Made by a program: the position numbers and the translations under genes. DNA of 48,869 nucleotides from Victivallaceae bacterium. GTDB taxonomy: Bacteria > Verrucomicrobiota > Lentisphaeria > Victivallales > Victivallaceae. Where the stretch lies: assembly GCA_031547585.1 (NCBI GenBank), contig JAVBRV010000452.1, positions 1-48,869 on the forward strand, written 5' to 3'. The notes under the pieces are model-generated. The model was not told where the DNA came from and searched no databases. It saw only the letters and a program-made list of their open reading frames with translations. Position 1 is the stretch's first letter; each line of letters begins with the position of its first letter. This document shows positions 9,364-19,339 of the stretch, piece after piece.

Positions 9364-10022
9364 TCGGCAACTCCTTTGTCCGGCTCACCGCAGTAGAGCC
9401 GGGTGTACGATTCATAAGCCTTCTTGTACCGGCTGGCATTGGGAGGGCTGAAACTCTTGTCGGTATAGCTCCGATAGCGGTCGATCTTGATGGTCGAGCG
9501 TTCGAAATAGGTGCGGATCAGATTGACGGTATTGACCTCGTAGGCGCTGAGCTGCTTCTCGGAGCGGACGATCTCGCTGTCGGAGCGGGAGATGGCCAGC
9601 CCTTTCAAGGAAGCCGCGCCGTCGCCGAGCTGCATGGCCTGCAATTTAATCACGTCGTCGAGGGACTGGGCGTAATCGCGGAGGAACAAAAGGAATTTCA
9701 GCAGGTTCCCTTCGCGCGCCTCGGTGTCGGGGCTGGAGAGCATCTGGAGAATGGAGACGGTATCCGCCGCCGCGTTGCGAAGCAACTCGCTGATGGCGGC
9801 GTACACCGTGGTACGCGCGGCGATGTCGCCGGCGAAGATATCGCCGGCGGCCATTTTCCGCGCGCAGTCGAAAGCGGCGTCGCGCCGCCCCATGAGGGGC
9901 GGCAGATTGAGCTTGATCAGCTGATCGGCGTCACGCGCCGGGTGGCTGCCGGGAGGCGGGCAGAAGAGATCCCAGGTGCGGCGGACCCGATCCAGAAGCA
10001 CACTGTGAAAGTTGAAATTCAT
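9360..10022 (-). CDS. Hypothetical protein (220 aa, predicted mostly helical)
   Basis: GGAG RBS, host-like codon pattern, ATGA overlap with the SGNH gene; no recognised motif. Confidence 0.7.
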   Translation of the reverse strand: MNFNFHSVLLDRVRRTWDLFCPPPGSHPARDADQLIKLNLPPLMGRRDAAFDCARKMAAGDIFAGDIAARTTVYAAISELLRNAAADTVSILQMLSSPDTEAREGNLLKFLLFLRDYAQSLDDVIKLQAMQLGDGAASLKGLAISRSDSEIVRSEKQLSAYEVNTVNLIRTYFERSTIKIDRYRSYTDKSFSPPNASRYKKAYESYTRLYCGEPDKGVAE

Positions 10023-10046
10023 GATCTCCTCCGCCTGTTCAACCGG

Positions 10047-11624
10047 TTACGGCAGATAGGTGAACTGGAACGCCCGGACGGCGCCCACGGTCTCGCGGAT
10101 CTTCTCGACCAGCAGCTCCGGAACCTCGACATTGGTCTTCACCACGGTCAGGGAGAAGCCGGACTTGAGGTCCTGCGGCGCCCGAATGTCGACGATGTTG
10201 ATGTTCTTCTCGCCGAGAAGGCCGGCGATCCGGCCGATGATGCCCGGCGCGTCCTTGTACTCGACGAAGAGGTGGTGCCCGGAGGGCTCGAGGTAGAGCT
10301 GGTCGAAAGCGTTGAGGCGCGTAACCATCAATTTATTTTCGACCACGGTGCCGCGCGCTCCGGCCTTGCGGGTGGAGTTGCCTTCGCCGACGAAGAGGTC
10401 GATGCTCATCGCCTCGCCGTAGCGCTTGGAGTTATCCACTTCGCGGTTGACGAGCTCGATGCCGGTTTCCGAGAGGAAGGCTTCCGCGTCTTTCGGCCCC
10501 TTTTCGGAGGTGAAGTCGGCGGCGATGCCGGAGGCGATCGCCGGAGTCATCCACTTGGCGAAGGGGGCGAGATCGCCGTAGTAGCTGGTCTCGACCCGCG
10601 CCGGATTCGCGCCCTTGCCGAGATAGGCGTCGGTCAACGCGGTCAGCACGTAGGCCAGCTTCTGGTAGCAGGCGTCGAGCCCGTCCGGCAGCGCCTTGTT
10701 GACCACGCAGTTGGTGATGCCCTTCTCGAAATAATCGATGGTCTGCTCGGCGGAACGCCGGGCGGCGACGAAGTTCGCTTCGAAGGTGTTGGCGCCGAGA
10801 TGGGGCAGCATGAGGTCGGCGATGTCGGCGACGCTCTTCGGCCCGGCGACGTCCTTCAGGTAGACGTCGTTGCAGAAAAGCAGCTTCTTCCCGGCCTTGA
10901 CGGCGCGCACGTCGTCTTCGTTGATGATGCCCGAACGGGCGCAGTTAATCAGCACCGCGCCCGTCTTCATGGTGTCGAGCAGGCGGCGGTTGACCATGCC
11001 CCGGGTTTCGTCGTTCTCGGGGATATGCAGCGAAACGAAATCCGATTCGGCGAAGATGCGTTCGACGCTGGTCAGCTCGACGCCGAGCTTTTCGGCCAGC
11101 GCGGGGGAGATCATCGGGTCGAAAGCCAGCACCTTCATCTCGAAGCCGCTCAGGCGCTTCACCAACAGCTGGCCGATATTGCCGAGGCCGAGGATGCCGA
11201 TGGTCTTACCGGTCAGTTCGCGGCCCATGAATTTGCTTTTCTCCCAGTCGCCGGCGCGGCAGGAGCGGTCGGCCTCGACCACCTGCCGGTAGGCCGCCAG
11301 CATCATCGCCACCACCTCTTCGGCGACGGCGTTGGAGTTGGCGCCGGGGGTGTTCATCACGTCGACATTGCGCTTGCGGGCATACTTGGTGTCGATGGTG
11401 TTGAAGCCCGCGCCCGCCCGGACCACCAGCGCCAGCTTCGGCAGCGCGTCGATGATTTCGGGGGTCACTTTCTCGCTGCGGACGATCAGCACTTCGGCGT
11501 CGGCGTGGAGCTTCACCAGCTCCTCCATCGGCGTCGCGGCATCCAGGATCACTTCGTAGCCGCGTTCGCTTAACAGCGTCGCGGCAAACTTATCCAATTT
11601 CGTCGGGATCAACACCTTGCGCAT
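10047..11624 (-). CDS. serA: D-3-phosphoglycerate dehydrogenase-like protein with C-terminal ACT domain
   Basis: Start MRKVLIP at 11624 with GGAGG RBS; RAGAGFNTID, NTPGAN, GLGNIG, INCAR, PHLGA; ACT segment DAPGIIGRIAGLLGEKNINI. Confidence 0.8.
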   Translation of the reverse strand: MRKVLIPTKLDKFAATLLSERGYEVILDAATPMEELVKLHADAEVLIVRSEKVTPEIIDALPKLALVVRAGAGFNTIDTKYARKRNVDVMNTPGANSNAVAEEVVAMMLAAYRQVVEADRSCRAGDWEKSKFMGRELTGKTIGILGLGNIGQLLVKRLSGFEMKVLAFDPMISPALAEKLGVELTSVERIFAESDFVSLHIPENDETRGMVNRRLLDTMKTGAVLINCARSGIINEDDVRAVKAGKKLLFCNDVYLKDVAGPKSVADIADLMLPHLGANTFEANFVAARRSAEQTIDYFEKGITNCVVNKALPDGLDACYQKLAYVLTALTDAYLGKGANPARVETSYYGDLAPFAKWMTPAIASGIAADFTSEKGPKDAEAFLSETGIELVNREVDNSKRYGEAMSIDLFVGEGNSTRKAGARGTVVENKLMVTRLNAFDQLYLEPSGHHLFVEYKDAPGIIGRIAGLLGEKNINIVDIRAPQDLKSGFSLTVVKTNVEVPELLVEKIRETVGAVRAFQFTYLP

Positions 11625-11687
11625 TATCTGCCTCCACTTGGGTTGTAAATAACAATGAATCCGATAAAAAAATACCGAACTATGTTT

Positions 11688-11716
11688 ACTATAGCATTCC
11701 GTGAGCGTATTTTCAA
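11688..11716 (-). promoter_or_regulatory. sigma70 promoter for the serA-like operon
   Basis: TTGAAA-17bp-TATAGT with extended TG. Confidence 0.55.
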
Positions 11717-11737
11717 CCGCCCGGCGGGTATTTCGGG

Positions 11738-12601
11738 CTAGAAATCCTGGCTGTTGACGAAGCGGATAATCACCACTTCGCGGCGACAGCGCCAGCGGAA
11801 GGGGAAGGTCATGTTGCCGATCCCCGAGGTGACGATCATCGGCAGATGGTACTTGTGGTGGACGAACATGCCGTAATCGAAGCTGCAGCCGTAGCGGCTG
11901 GAGGTGTAGAGGGGGCCGACGAAGGGCAGCCGCACCTGGCCGCCGTGGGTGTGCGCGGTCAGTACCAGGCTGTAGCCGCTCAGGAATTCGGCGTAGTCGA
12001 GGGCGACGATGGTGTCGGGCCGGTGGGAGACGACGATGGAGGTCCGGGTGGCGGCCTTGAGGTGGGGCAGCCGCGGGCTCCCCCAGCCGAGGTCGTCCAC
12101 ACCGTAGATGAAGAAGGCCTCGTTGCTCCAGGATTGGTTGCAGAGGAAGTGAAAGCCGTTGGTTTCGTGAAGCGAGGACCACAGGCTCATCGGCAGCCAG
12201 GTCTTGCCCCGTTCCCAGTTACCCACCACCCCCAGCCGCACCGGGGCGGCGGGCGTGAGGATGCGGAAGAGTTCCGGCAGGCTTTTGAGGTCGATGGCGT
12301 CGGCTGCGAGGTCGCCGCCGGAGATCAATACATCCACTCGTTCGCGGGCGATGATTTCGGCGGCCTTCTCCGCCAGCCGGCGGCACTGGGGCGTCGAACG
12401 GAAGTGAAAGTCGCTGACCAGCGCCACCTTTTTGCCGACCGCCGAGGCGTGCGGCGTCGGAATTTCATACTCCACCAGCGACAGCGGCCCTTCTCCTTTT
12501 GCCTTCGTCTGCGCGTAGGAGACTACCTTACCCCATTGCTTCACCCGTTCGGGGTGGGGGACGGTCATGGGGAAATAGAGCTGATGGAGTCGATTTTTCA
12601 C
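11738..12601 (-). CDS. Calcineurin-like metallophosphoesterase (YaeI/YkuE-like)
   Basis: SDFH, GGDL, GNWE, SHRPD, AHTHGGQ motifs. Confidence 0.88.
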   Translation of the reverse strand: MKNRLHQLYFPMTVPHPERVKQWGKVVSYAQTKAKGEGPLSLVEYEIPTPHASAVGKKVALVSDFHFRSTPQCRRLAEKAAEIIARERVDVLISGGDLAADAIDLKSLPELFRILTPAAPVRLGVVGNWERGKTWLPMSLWSSLHETNGFHFLCNQSWSNEAFFIYGVDDLGWGSPRLPHLKAATRTSIVVSHRPDTIVALDYAEFLSGYSLVLTAHTHGGQVRLPFVGPLYTSSRYGCSFDYGMFVHHKYHLPMIVTSGIGNMTFPFRWRCRREVVIIRFVNSQDF

Positions 12602-14703
12602 ACATCCAGTTCCTGAATAATTGCCGGCGACAACTCCCGGACCGCCGCCAGGCGGCAGCTCCGGCCTCCGGGGGCCTCGATCCGGTCCCCGACCTTATGG
12701 TGCAGAACCGCCTCGCCGAGGCGGGTGCGGAACGACAGGAAACCGCGCTCGGGGTCGCCATCCCAGGCGCCGAGCAGCTGGTAGACTTCGGTGGCGCCGT
12801 CGTCGTAGACGAGCTCGATTTCGGAGCCGACGACGGCGGAGTCCTCCACCTTGACGCTCTTCAGCAGAATCGGCATGACGCGCGCCAGCTCCCGCTCCAG
12901 TTCGGTGCGGCGGCGGGTGAGGAAGTTCCGCCGCTCCTTGGCGGCGTCGAACTCGGAGTTCTCGCGGAAGTCGCCGTGAGCGCGGGCGGTTTTCAGCGAC
13001 TCTCGGTTCTCGGGGACGTGGATATTGATGATGTCGTCCAGCTCCTTAATCAGGCGCTTGTGCGACTTGGTGCTGGTGTAGTTCGGCTCTTCATGCTGCA
13101 CCTCGCGGCTCTCGGCGATGCCGATGCCCGCCTTCAGAATCCGCTGCCCGGCGCCGTTTTCGAGATAGTCGCGCAGCAAGGGCGACAGCCGCGACAGCTT
13201 CACCATCAGGCTCTGCCGCTCCCCGGAGGAGAGGAAGATCGCCCCCTGGAGCTCCGCCGCGAACATCACCATGTCGCCCCCGGCGGCCTCGATCAGCTGC
13301 TTCTGGAAGTCGGCCTTGTCGAGCAGCATTCCCCGCAGTTCGCGCTGGGCCGGGCCCCACGCCTTGGGGAGGTTGTCCATCGACAGCGCCCGGGTGACGT
13401 TCTCGACCCGAACGATCTCCAGCAGCTCCGGCTCGGGGCGCTTTTTGCGGTTCTTCCAGATCCAGAGGAGGAAGTCCGCGCCGCAGCCTTTGTGGCGGCG
13501 GCAGCTGTCGAGCAGAAGTTCGAGCGGCACTTCGGCGCACACCGAAGCGAGGGATTTCAAGGGGAAGCGCATGGCGCAACCGGCCAGATACTCCAGCGAG
13601 AAGACGGTTTCGGTCGCCTTGGCGAGATTCTCCAGCTCTTTGGCGGCGAGTTCGCCCCAGGTGCTCAGCTCCACCAGGGGAACCACCGCCGGATCGGCCG
13701 GCCAGAAGGGGGCTTTGCCCAAAAGCGGCGTACAGATGGTGGTGAGGACCTCCGGCGTCGAACGCGGCTGGAGCCGGGAGATGAGCGAAGCCAGAAGTTT
13801 CGCCTCACGCGCGGCGGTTTCCGGCTTCAGATTGGTGAAAAAGCGGTGGTAGCCCGCGGCTTCTTCGGGGGTGAAGGGGGCGGCGCCCGCCTCCTCCTCG
13901 CGGCCGAGGAGAACTTCAATCTCCTTTAAGCTGCGCCCTTCGGAGGAGCGGCGCGAACCGGCGGCCGCGGCAACGCACTCCGAACACCAGTGCTTCTCAA
14001 AGGCCTCCGGCTCCAGGCTGCGGAAGCAGCCGGAACGGGCCATCAGTTTCATATCGGCGTCGCCGGCCGGCGTCAGCGCGCGGCGGGCGACGATGGTGCG
14101 GAACTCATTCGCCGACAGGGAGGGCCGGGCCACCTGGACCAGCCGGAAAAGCTCCGGGCCGGGGCTCAGAATCAGGGCTTCGCGCAGCACCACTTCGAGG
14201 GGAATCGCGGCGGTTCCGCCGATCGCCCCGAAGCCGCCGAGGGCCAGCGAGGCGTTGATGTTGTCGATGGCTCCGGCGATGCCCCAGCGCGAGGAGCCGG
14301 GGAGGAAGATGACCACGCCCGACTTCAGGGCCTGGAGCCGCAGCAGCCGCTGGCGGATCTCCTGGAGGGCGAGCTGTTCGTCACGGACGCCGAGCGCCTT
14401 CATGACGGGATTGCGCGAAAGGTACGGCGGCAGCACCGCCTTGACGCCGCCGATCAGCATGCGGCGGAAGACCGGACTGTCGGTCATCGGCAGCCCGGCG
14501 AGACCGACGCAGAAAGCGCCCTGCGCGTCGTCGAGCTCATCGTCGCCCCACCCCTCCCAGAGGATATTGAGAGACTCAACTACCTTGGCTGGAATGGGAT
14601 TGCCGGCGGATGACAGCATGGCTAGCAGCGATTCCAGCGTCTTTTTGGAGGGTTTTTCAAGGGCGGAAATCAGAAGTTCATCAAAAGCGGCCTGGTCCAT
14701 CAT
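12598..14703 (-). CDS. greA: Long-form transcription elongation factor GreA (large N-terminal extension)
   Basis: C-terminal ARAHGDFRENSEFDAAKE, LLGAWD, SFRTRLGEAV; likely start MMDQ at 14703 with GGAG RBS; upstream TTGAAA-17-TATATT (14781-14753). Confidence 0.85.
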   Translation of the reverse strand: MMDQAAFDELLISALEKPSKKTLESLLAMLSSAGNPIPAKVVESLNILWEGWGDDELDDAQGAFCVGLAGLPMTDSPVFRRMLIGGVKAVLPPYLSRNPVMKALGVRDEQLALQEIRQRLLRLQALKSGVVIFLPGSSRWGIAGAIDNINASLALGGFGAIGGTAAIPLEVVLREALILSPGPELFRLVQVARPSLSANEFRTIVARRALTPAGDADMKLMARSGCFRSLEPEAFEKHWCSECVAAAAGSRRSSEGRSLKEIEVLLGREEEAGAAPFTPEEAAGYHRFFTNLKPETAAREAKLLASLISRLQPRSTPEVLTTICTPLLGKAPFWPADPAVVPLVELSTWGELAAKELENLAKATETVFSLEYLAGCAMRFPLKSLASVCAEVPLELLLDSCRRHKGCGADFLLWIWKNRKKRPEPELLEIVRVENVTRALSMDNLPKAWGPAQRELRGMLLDKADFQKQLIEAAGGDMVMFAAELQGAIFLSSGERQSLMVKLSRLSPLLRDYLENGAGQRILKAGIGIAESREVQHEEPNYTSTKSHKRLIKELDDIINIHVPENRESLKTARAHGDFRENSEFDAAKERRNFLTRRRTELERELARVMPILLKSVKVEDSAVVGSEIELVYDDGATEVYQLLGAWDGDPERGFLSFRTRLGEAVLHHKVGDRIEAPGGRSCRLAAVRELSPAIIQELDV

Positions 14704-14777
14704 ACACTCCAAAAGCTCTTTTTTGCCGTATCCGGCGCTGGTTAAACGGTATAATATAATGCAGCAAGGATGAAATT

Positions 14778-15656
14778 TCAATCACCGCATGGAAAAAAGG
14801 CGCAAAGCGGGCAATGATTCGGGTTCGACGCGAAATCCTCTTCAGCCAGCGTGCCGTCCGGACGGACCTTCGCCGCCATCTCCGTCAGGTCGTCGCGGAG
14901 GTCCGCCAGCGCCATTCCGAGGTTGAGATCGCGGCCGAATTCGGCGAAGTCGCCGGTTCCGGCTTCGAAGTAGAACGAGCGCACCCGTTCCGGCGGCCGG
15001 CGGTAACGGTTCCAGGCGAAAAATTTGTGCAGCAGCGCCACCCCGGCCCCGGGGTCGCCGCCCGTCCCCTCCACCACCCAGAACTCCCCGGAGGAGGTCA
15101 GCGCCAGCACCGGAACCGCGTAACAGGCGAGCTCGTTCACCCGGATCTCCTGCGGCGACTCCACCGGGCGGCGGCGGGTGAACTCCGCGGCGACCAGATG
15201 CCCCCAGGCGTTCCCTTCGAGCGCGGCGGCCCGGCGGCGAAGCTCGCGCTCCAACTCGCGCCGCAACGCCTCCGCCGAAGCCCCCGGCTCCAGAAGCTCG
15301 CGCAGCATCGGCTTTTGATGATCGAAGCGCCACTCGCCCAGCAGCATCCGGTCGAAGTCGCGGTGGAAGCGGGCGGCGGAGAGGGCGGTGAGGCCGGGGG
15401 TTTCGCCTTGATCCTCCTCCTCGTTCCGCCGGTAGAAGAGCGAACGCATGGTGTTGTTGAGGAGAGTGCGGAGGTAGCTGTCGGCGGTGTGCAATGATTT
15501 TGCCAGATGCAGCTCCCGGCTCCGACGGGAGGCGTCGGGGTCGTGTCCGCCCCGGGCGGCGTAGTAGTGCAGAAAATAGCGCCGCGGACACGCCCGCCAC
15601 AGCCGGCGGCGGCGCGCCGACCAGCTGAGGGGGTAGTCCGCGGCCTGGAAACTCAC
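14778..15656 (-). CDS. PD-(D/E)XK (RecB/AddB/Cas4-like) fold protein with Fe-S cysteines and degenerate active site
   Basis: LSWS...[11 protein letters not shown] at the N-terminus and [10 protein letters not shown] at the C-terminus; expected D...DWKTG appears as V...EGTGG. Confidence 0.7.
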   Translation of the reverse strand: MSFQAADYPLSWSARRRRLWRACPRRYFLHYYAARGGHDPDASRRSRELHLAKSLHTADSYLRTLLNNTMRSLFYRRNEEEDQGETPGLTALSAARFHRDFDRMLLGEWRFDHQKPMLRELLEPGASAEALRRELERELRRRAAALEGNAWGHLVAAEFTRRRPVESPQEIRVNELACYAVPVLALTSSGEFWVVEGTGGDPGAGVALLHKFFAWNRYRRPPERVRSFYFEAGTGDFAEFGRDLNLGMALADLRDDLTEMAAKVRPDGTLAEEDFASNPNHCPLCAFFPCGD

Positions 15657-16837
15657 AGATCAACCTTGATCGCGGCGCGCATCCGGTGAACCTTCGCCAG
15701 CGCCTCTTCAATCGATCCGCCCCGGGCGAGGCAGACGCCCAGCCGCCGGTGGCCGTTGATCTCCGGCTTGCCGAAGAGCCGCACCTGGGTATCGGGTTCA
15801 GCCAGCGCCTCCTGCACCCCCTTGAAGCCGATCGAGCGGGAGATGCCTTCGGCGACGATCGCCTTCGAGGCGGAGGGGCCATGGAAGGCGACATTGGGGA
15901 TCGGCAGCCCGAGGATGGCGCGGGCGTGGAGGTCGAATTCCGAAAGATCCTGCGAAATCATCGTCACCATGCCGGTGTCGTGCGGACGCGGACTCACTTC
16001 ACTGAACAGCACCTGATCCCCGGCGATAAAGAGCTCGACGCCGAAGATGCCGCAGCCGCCCAGCGCGCCGGTCACGAGACCGGCGATGCGGCGGGCTTCG
16101 GCGAGGGCGGCGGCCGACATCGGCTGCGGCTGCCACGACTCCTGATAGTCGCCGTCGACCTGGTGGTGGCCGATCGGTTCGAGGAAGACGGTTCCCTCCG
16201 CGTGGCGCACGGTGAGTAGCGTGATCTCGTAATCGAACTTCACAAAGCCCTCGACGATCACCTTGCCGCCGCCGGCGCGGCCCCCCTCCTGAGCGATGCG
16301 CCAGGAGGCATCGGCGCCCGAGGGATCGCGCAGCACGCTCTGCCCGTGCCCCGAAGAGCTCATGATCGGCTTCACCACGCAGGGCGTGCCGATTTCGGCG
16401 ACGGCGCGGTCGAACTCCTCGCGGGTGGCGGCGAAGCGGTAGGGACTGGTCGGAATCCCCAACTCCTCGGCGGCCAGCCGCCGGATGCCTTCGCGGTTCA
16501 TGGTGAGCCGGGCGGCGCGGGCGGTCGGAACGACCCGGTAGCCCTCCTTCTCCAGTTCAACCAGGGTATCGGTGGCGATGGCCTCGATTTCAGGAACGAT
16601 GAAGTGGGGCTTCTCCAGCTCGACCACCCGCCGGAGCGCGGCGCCGTCGAGCATATTGATGGCGTGTGAGCGGTGGGCGACTTGCATGCCGGGGGCATCG
16701 GCGTAGCGGTCGACGGCGATCACTTCGACGCCGAGCCGCTGCATGGCGATCACCACCTCTTTGCCGAGTTCGCCGGCGCCCAGAAACAACACCCGGGTCG
16801 CCGAGCCGCCGAGGGCGGAACCGATGAAATGAGCCAT
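15653..16837 (-). CDS. purT: Formate-dependent phosphoribosylglycinamide formyltransferase
   Basis: [62 protein letters not shown]. Confidence 0.97.
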   Translation of the reverse strand: MAHFIGSALGGSATRVLFLGAGELGKEVVIAMQRLGVEVIAVDRYADAPGMQVAHRSHAINMLDGAALRRVVELEKPHFIVPEIEAIATDTLVELEKEGYRVVPTARAARLTMNREGIRRLAAEELGIPTSPYRFAATREEFDRAVAEIGTPCVVKPIMSSSGHGQSVLRDPSGADASWRIAQEGGRAGGGKVIVEGFVKFDYEITLLTVRHAEGTVFLEPIGHHQVDGDYQESWQPQPMSAAALAEARRIAGLVTGALGGCGIFGVELFIAGDQVLFSEVSPRPHDTGMVTMISQDLSEFDLHARAILGLPIPNVAFHGPSASKAIVAEGISRSIGFKGVQEALAEPDTQVRLFGKPEINGHRRLGVCLARGGSIEEALAKVHRMRAAIKVDL

Positions 16838-16879
16838 AATTCAATCTTTCTTTCGTTATAGGATGGTCAATTATTCCGA

Positions 16880-19339
16880 TCAGAACATTCCCCGGGGCAG
16901 CACGCGCTGCAGCCCCTCCTTCTTCACCCAGCCGTCGCGGCCGCCCGCTTCGACCCGGAGCCATTCGCCGCGATCCTCGATGATCCGGGCGGAGCCGCCC
17001 CCCGGAATGGTCGCTTCGACCCGGCCGCTCCCGGCGGAGGGGAGCGTCTTCAGCTCCAGCGCCGCAGCCGTCACCACCGCCCGCGCGGGATGATACGGCC
17101 CCAGGGCCTGCGACGCCAGCGCCGCCAGAATCAACAGCGCCACGAGACCAGCCCCGCCGAAAAGTCCCCGCTGAGTACTCGGGCGGAAGCGGTTCCGCAA
17201 GGCGAACGCCAGAGAGGCGAAAAGCGCCGCTCCAGCCAACAGCAGCAGGTATTCGTCGGGACGCAGCCGGTCGCGGAGGTAGGTGAGAAAGCCGAGGGCG
17301 GAATCGGTTTTGCCCTGTTCCGGCAGCCGGAGTTTGCGGTTCACCAGATTGAGGTTCTCCAGCGTTTCGCTGTCGCGGGGGGCGAGAAGGTGCGCCCGCA
17401 GCAGCGCCAGCCGGGCTTCGGGGAGGTTCCCCGCGGCGTAGCAGGCCGACCCGAGGTTGTAGAGAGCATTGGGCCGGGCCGCTCCGGGCTGCCAGCCCTG
17501 CCGGTAGAGGGCGATGGCCGCCGGATAATCGCCCTTCTCGTACGCGGCGTTCCAGGCCTCCCCGCCGGGGAGGAGGAAGGGAAAGAGGAGACAGAAGAGC
17601 AGCGACAGCTTTTTCAGCACCCCGGCCAGCTTTTTGCGCGCCGCCTCCGGGAGGGGAGCCGCCTCCCCGCCGCCGGGGCGGAACCGGGCCGCCTTGGCTT
17701 CGCGGAAGAGTTCGCCCATGTCCGGCGACTCCAAAGCGCGCCCCAGCTCTTCGGGTTCGGTCCACGGCGAAAGTTTCAATGCTTCCAAAAGCGCGGGCAT
17801 CACCTCGTCGGTCAGGAAAGCGTGGCCGGATTCCCCCCGCTGCAGCCGCTTCCGCAGGGCAGCGAGGCGCTGCTTCACTTCACGCCGGGCCTGAAAATCG
17901 GGATCGTTTTCGCGCTGCCGCCGCCGGAATTCCACCAACAGCGTCCCGGCGAAGAGGGCCAGCGCGCCCCCGAAAAGGCCGAGGGAAAGGCCAAGGCGAT
18001 TGGCGAAAAGCGGCATCCGCACCTCGCCGCCGGGCGCGGCTTTGAGGTAGAACAGCTCCTCGCGCACCGGCTGAGCCTCCGGTTCAGCGGCAACATCCGC
18101 CGCCGGAGCCGCCGCTGTGAGAGAGGTGGGGACAGGAAGCGCCCCTTTTTCCACCGGCAGCGTCAATTGAAATTCATGCCGGGCGTACTCGCCCTTGGCG
18201 GGGTCGAAGGTCAGATACTTCAATTCGGCCCTCTTCACCCCCTCCGCGAGGGGGATCGCCGCGTAGCGGATGGTCACCCGCCCCGGCGCCTTTTCGACCT
18301 CGCCGGGATAGATCCGGAAGCCGGGAAGCTCCGGCTTCGGCGTCTTCAACAATTCAAACGCCCCCTCCCCTTCGGCGGCGATCACGAGAGTCAGGGGTTC
18401 GCCGACTTTGCCCTGCGGCTGGTCGAAACGGCCGGCGACCTGCCAGCGGCCGATCAGCCCGAGGTCAACCCAGCCCGCCGGAGCGGGCGGCAGGGGGAGA
18501 ATGGTCAGTTCCGGACCGGGCGCGAAGGTCACGGGGTAGGCCCGGAGCCGCTCCTGCCGGAAGAAGGAACCGAGAAGATCGTTGCTGCGTTCCGACGCTT
18601 CGGGGATGCCGACGGTCAGGCTCGCTTTCGGGGTCAGCTTCCCCGACGCGGCGGCCCGGAAAGCGGTTCGAAAGGTGATGACCCGGAAACTCTGCCCCTT
18701 CACCTCGCGGTCGGCGACGGAGGGGCGGTCGAAGCGGCGGGTCTCGCCGGGAGCGCCGCCGTCGTAATCGCGAAAGAGCACCTGCTCCAGCCCGGCAAGC
18801 TCCGGATACTCGCGCACCTCGGCGCGCACGCCGGCGCGCATCCAAAGCGTAAGCTCCAGATCAATCTCCTCGCCGACGTACCAGGAACGGCGCGCATCCG
18901 GAACCCGGATTGCTCCAAACACCGACTCCTTCAGCGAAGCAGCGCCGTCGGGAACCGGCAGGCTCTCCGCCGCCACCACCTTGACCTCCTGCGCCGGAAC
19001 CGGAAGCGTCTTCCCCCCGGCCTTGACGGAAAAAGCGGGAATCGCCAGCCCCCCTTCGCGCTCGGCCAGAATCGGGATCCGGAAGCTGAACTCTTTTACG
19101 CCGTTGATGTTCTGCGAAACCCGATGGACCTCATTGGTGATCCAGCGGCCGTTTTCAAGCGGCGGCAGGGAAAACCCTTCATCCGGCTGGCGGGCCAAGG
19201 TGAGCGTATAGGTCACCCGTTCACCCACGGCGACCACCCGCGGCGACAGCGAAACCTGAACCTCCGGCCCGGCCGCTGAAAGTCCGCCAACCCAGAACAG
19301 CGCCGTCAGCAGCGCCCCGATGACTCCACGCAACTTCAC
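16880..19339 (-). CDS. BatD-family protein fused to a BatE-like TPR+SH3 module
   Basis: Signal peptide, repeated BatD beta-domains (VGERVTYTL, YVGEEI, VGEPLTL), TM helix, then TPR (YNLGSACY...LAPRD) and SH3-like end (EWLRV...GWV); GTGA overlap with the upstream stop. Confidence 0.8.
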   Translation of the reverse strand: MKLRGVIGALLTALFWVGGLSAAGPEVQVSLSPRVVAVGERVTYTLTLARQPDEGFSLPPLENGRWITNEVHRVSQNINGVKEFSFRIPILAEREGGLAIPAFSVKAGGKTLPVPAQEVKVVAAESLPVPDGAASLKESVFGAIRVPDARRSWYVGEEIDLELTLWMRAGVRAEVREYPELAGLEQVLFRDYDGGAPGETRRFDRPSVADREVKGQSFRVITFRTAFRAAASGKLTPKASLTVGIPEASERSNDLLGSFFRQERLRAYPVTFAPGPELTILPLPPAPAGWVDLGLIGRWQVAGRFDQPQGKVGEPLTLVIAAEGEGAFELLKTPKPELPGFRIYPGEVEKAPGRVTIRYAAIPLAEGVKRAELKYLTFDPAKGEYARHEFQLTLPVEKGALPVPTSLTAAAPAADVAAEPEAQPVREELFYLKAAPGGEVRMPLFANRLGLSLGLFGGALALFAGTLLVEFRRRQRENDPDFQARREVKQRLAALRKRLQRGESGHAFLTDEVMPALLEALKLSPWTEPEELGRALESPDMGELFREAKAARFRPGGGEAAPLPEAARKKLAGVLKKLSLLFCLLFPFLLPGGEAWNAAYEKGDYPAAIALYRQGWQPGAARPNALYNLGSACYAAGNLPEARLALLRAHLLAPRDSETLENLNLVNRKLRLPEQGKTDSALGFLTYLRDRLRPDEYLLLLAGAALFASLAFALRNRFRPSTQRGLFGGAGLVALLILAALASQALGPYHPARAVVTAAALELKTLPSAGSGRVEATIPGGGSARIIEDRGEWLRVEAGGRDGWVKKEGLQRVLPRGMF

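Noticed and set aside
11625-12182. N-terminal extension of the 711-aa ORF
   Set aside because: It overlaps the metallophosphoesterase gene. RBS and promoter support a start at 11624.
14778-15656. cas4 call
   Set aside because: There is no cas1/cas2 or array nearby, and the catalytic motif is degenerate.
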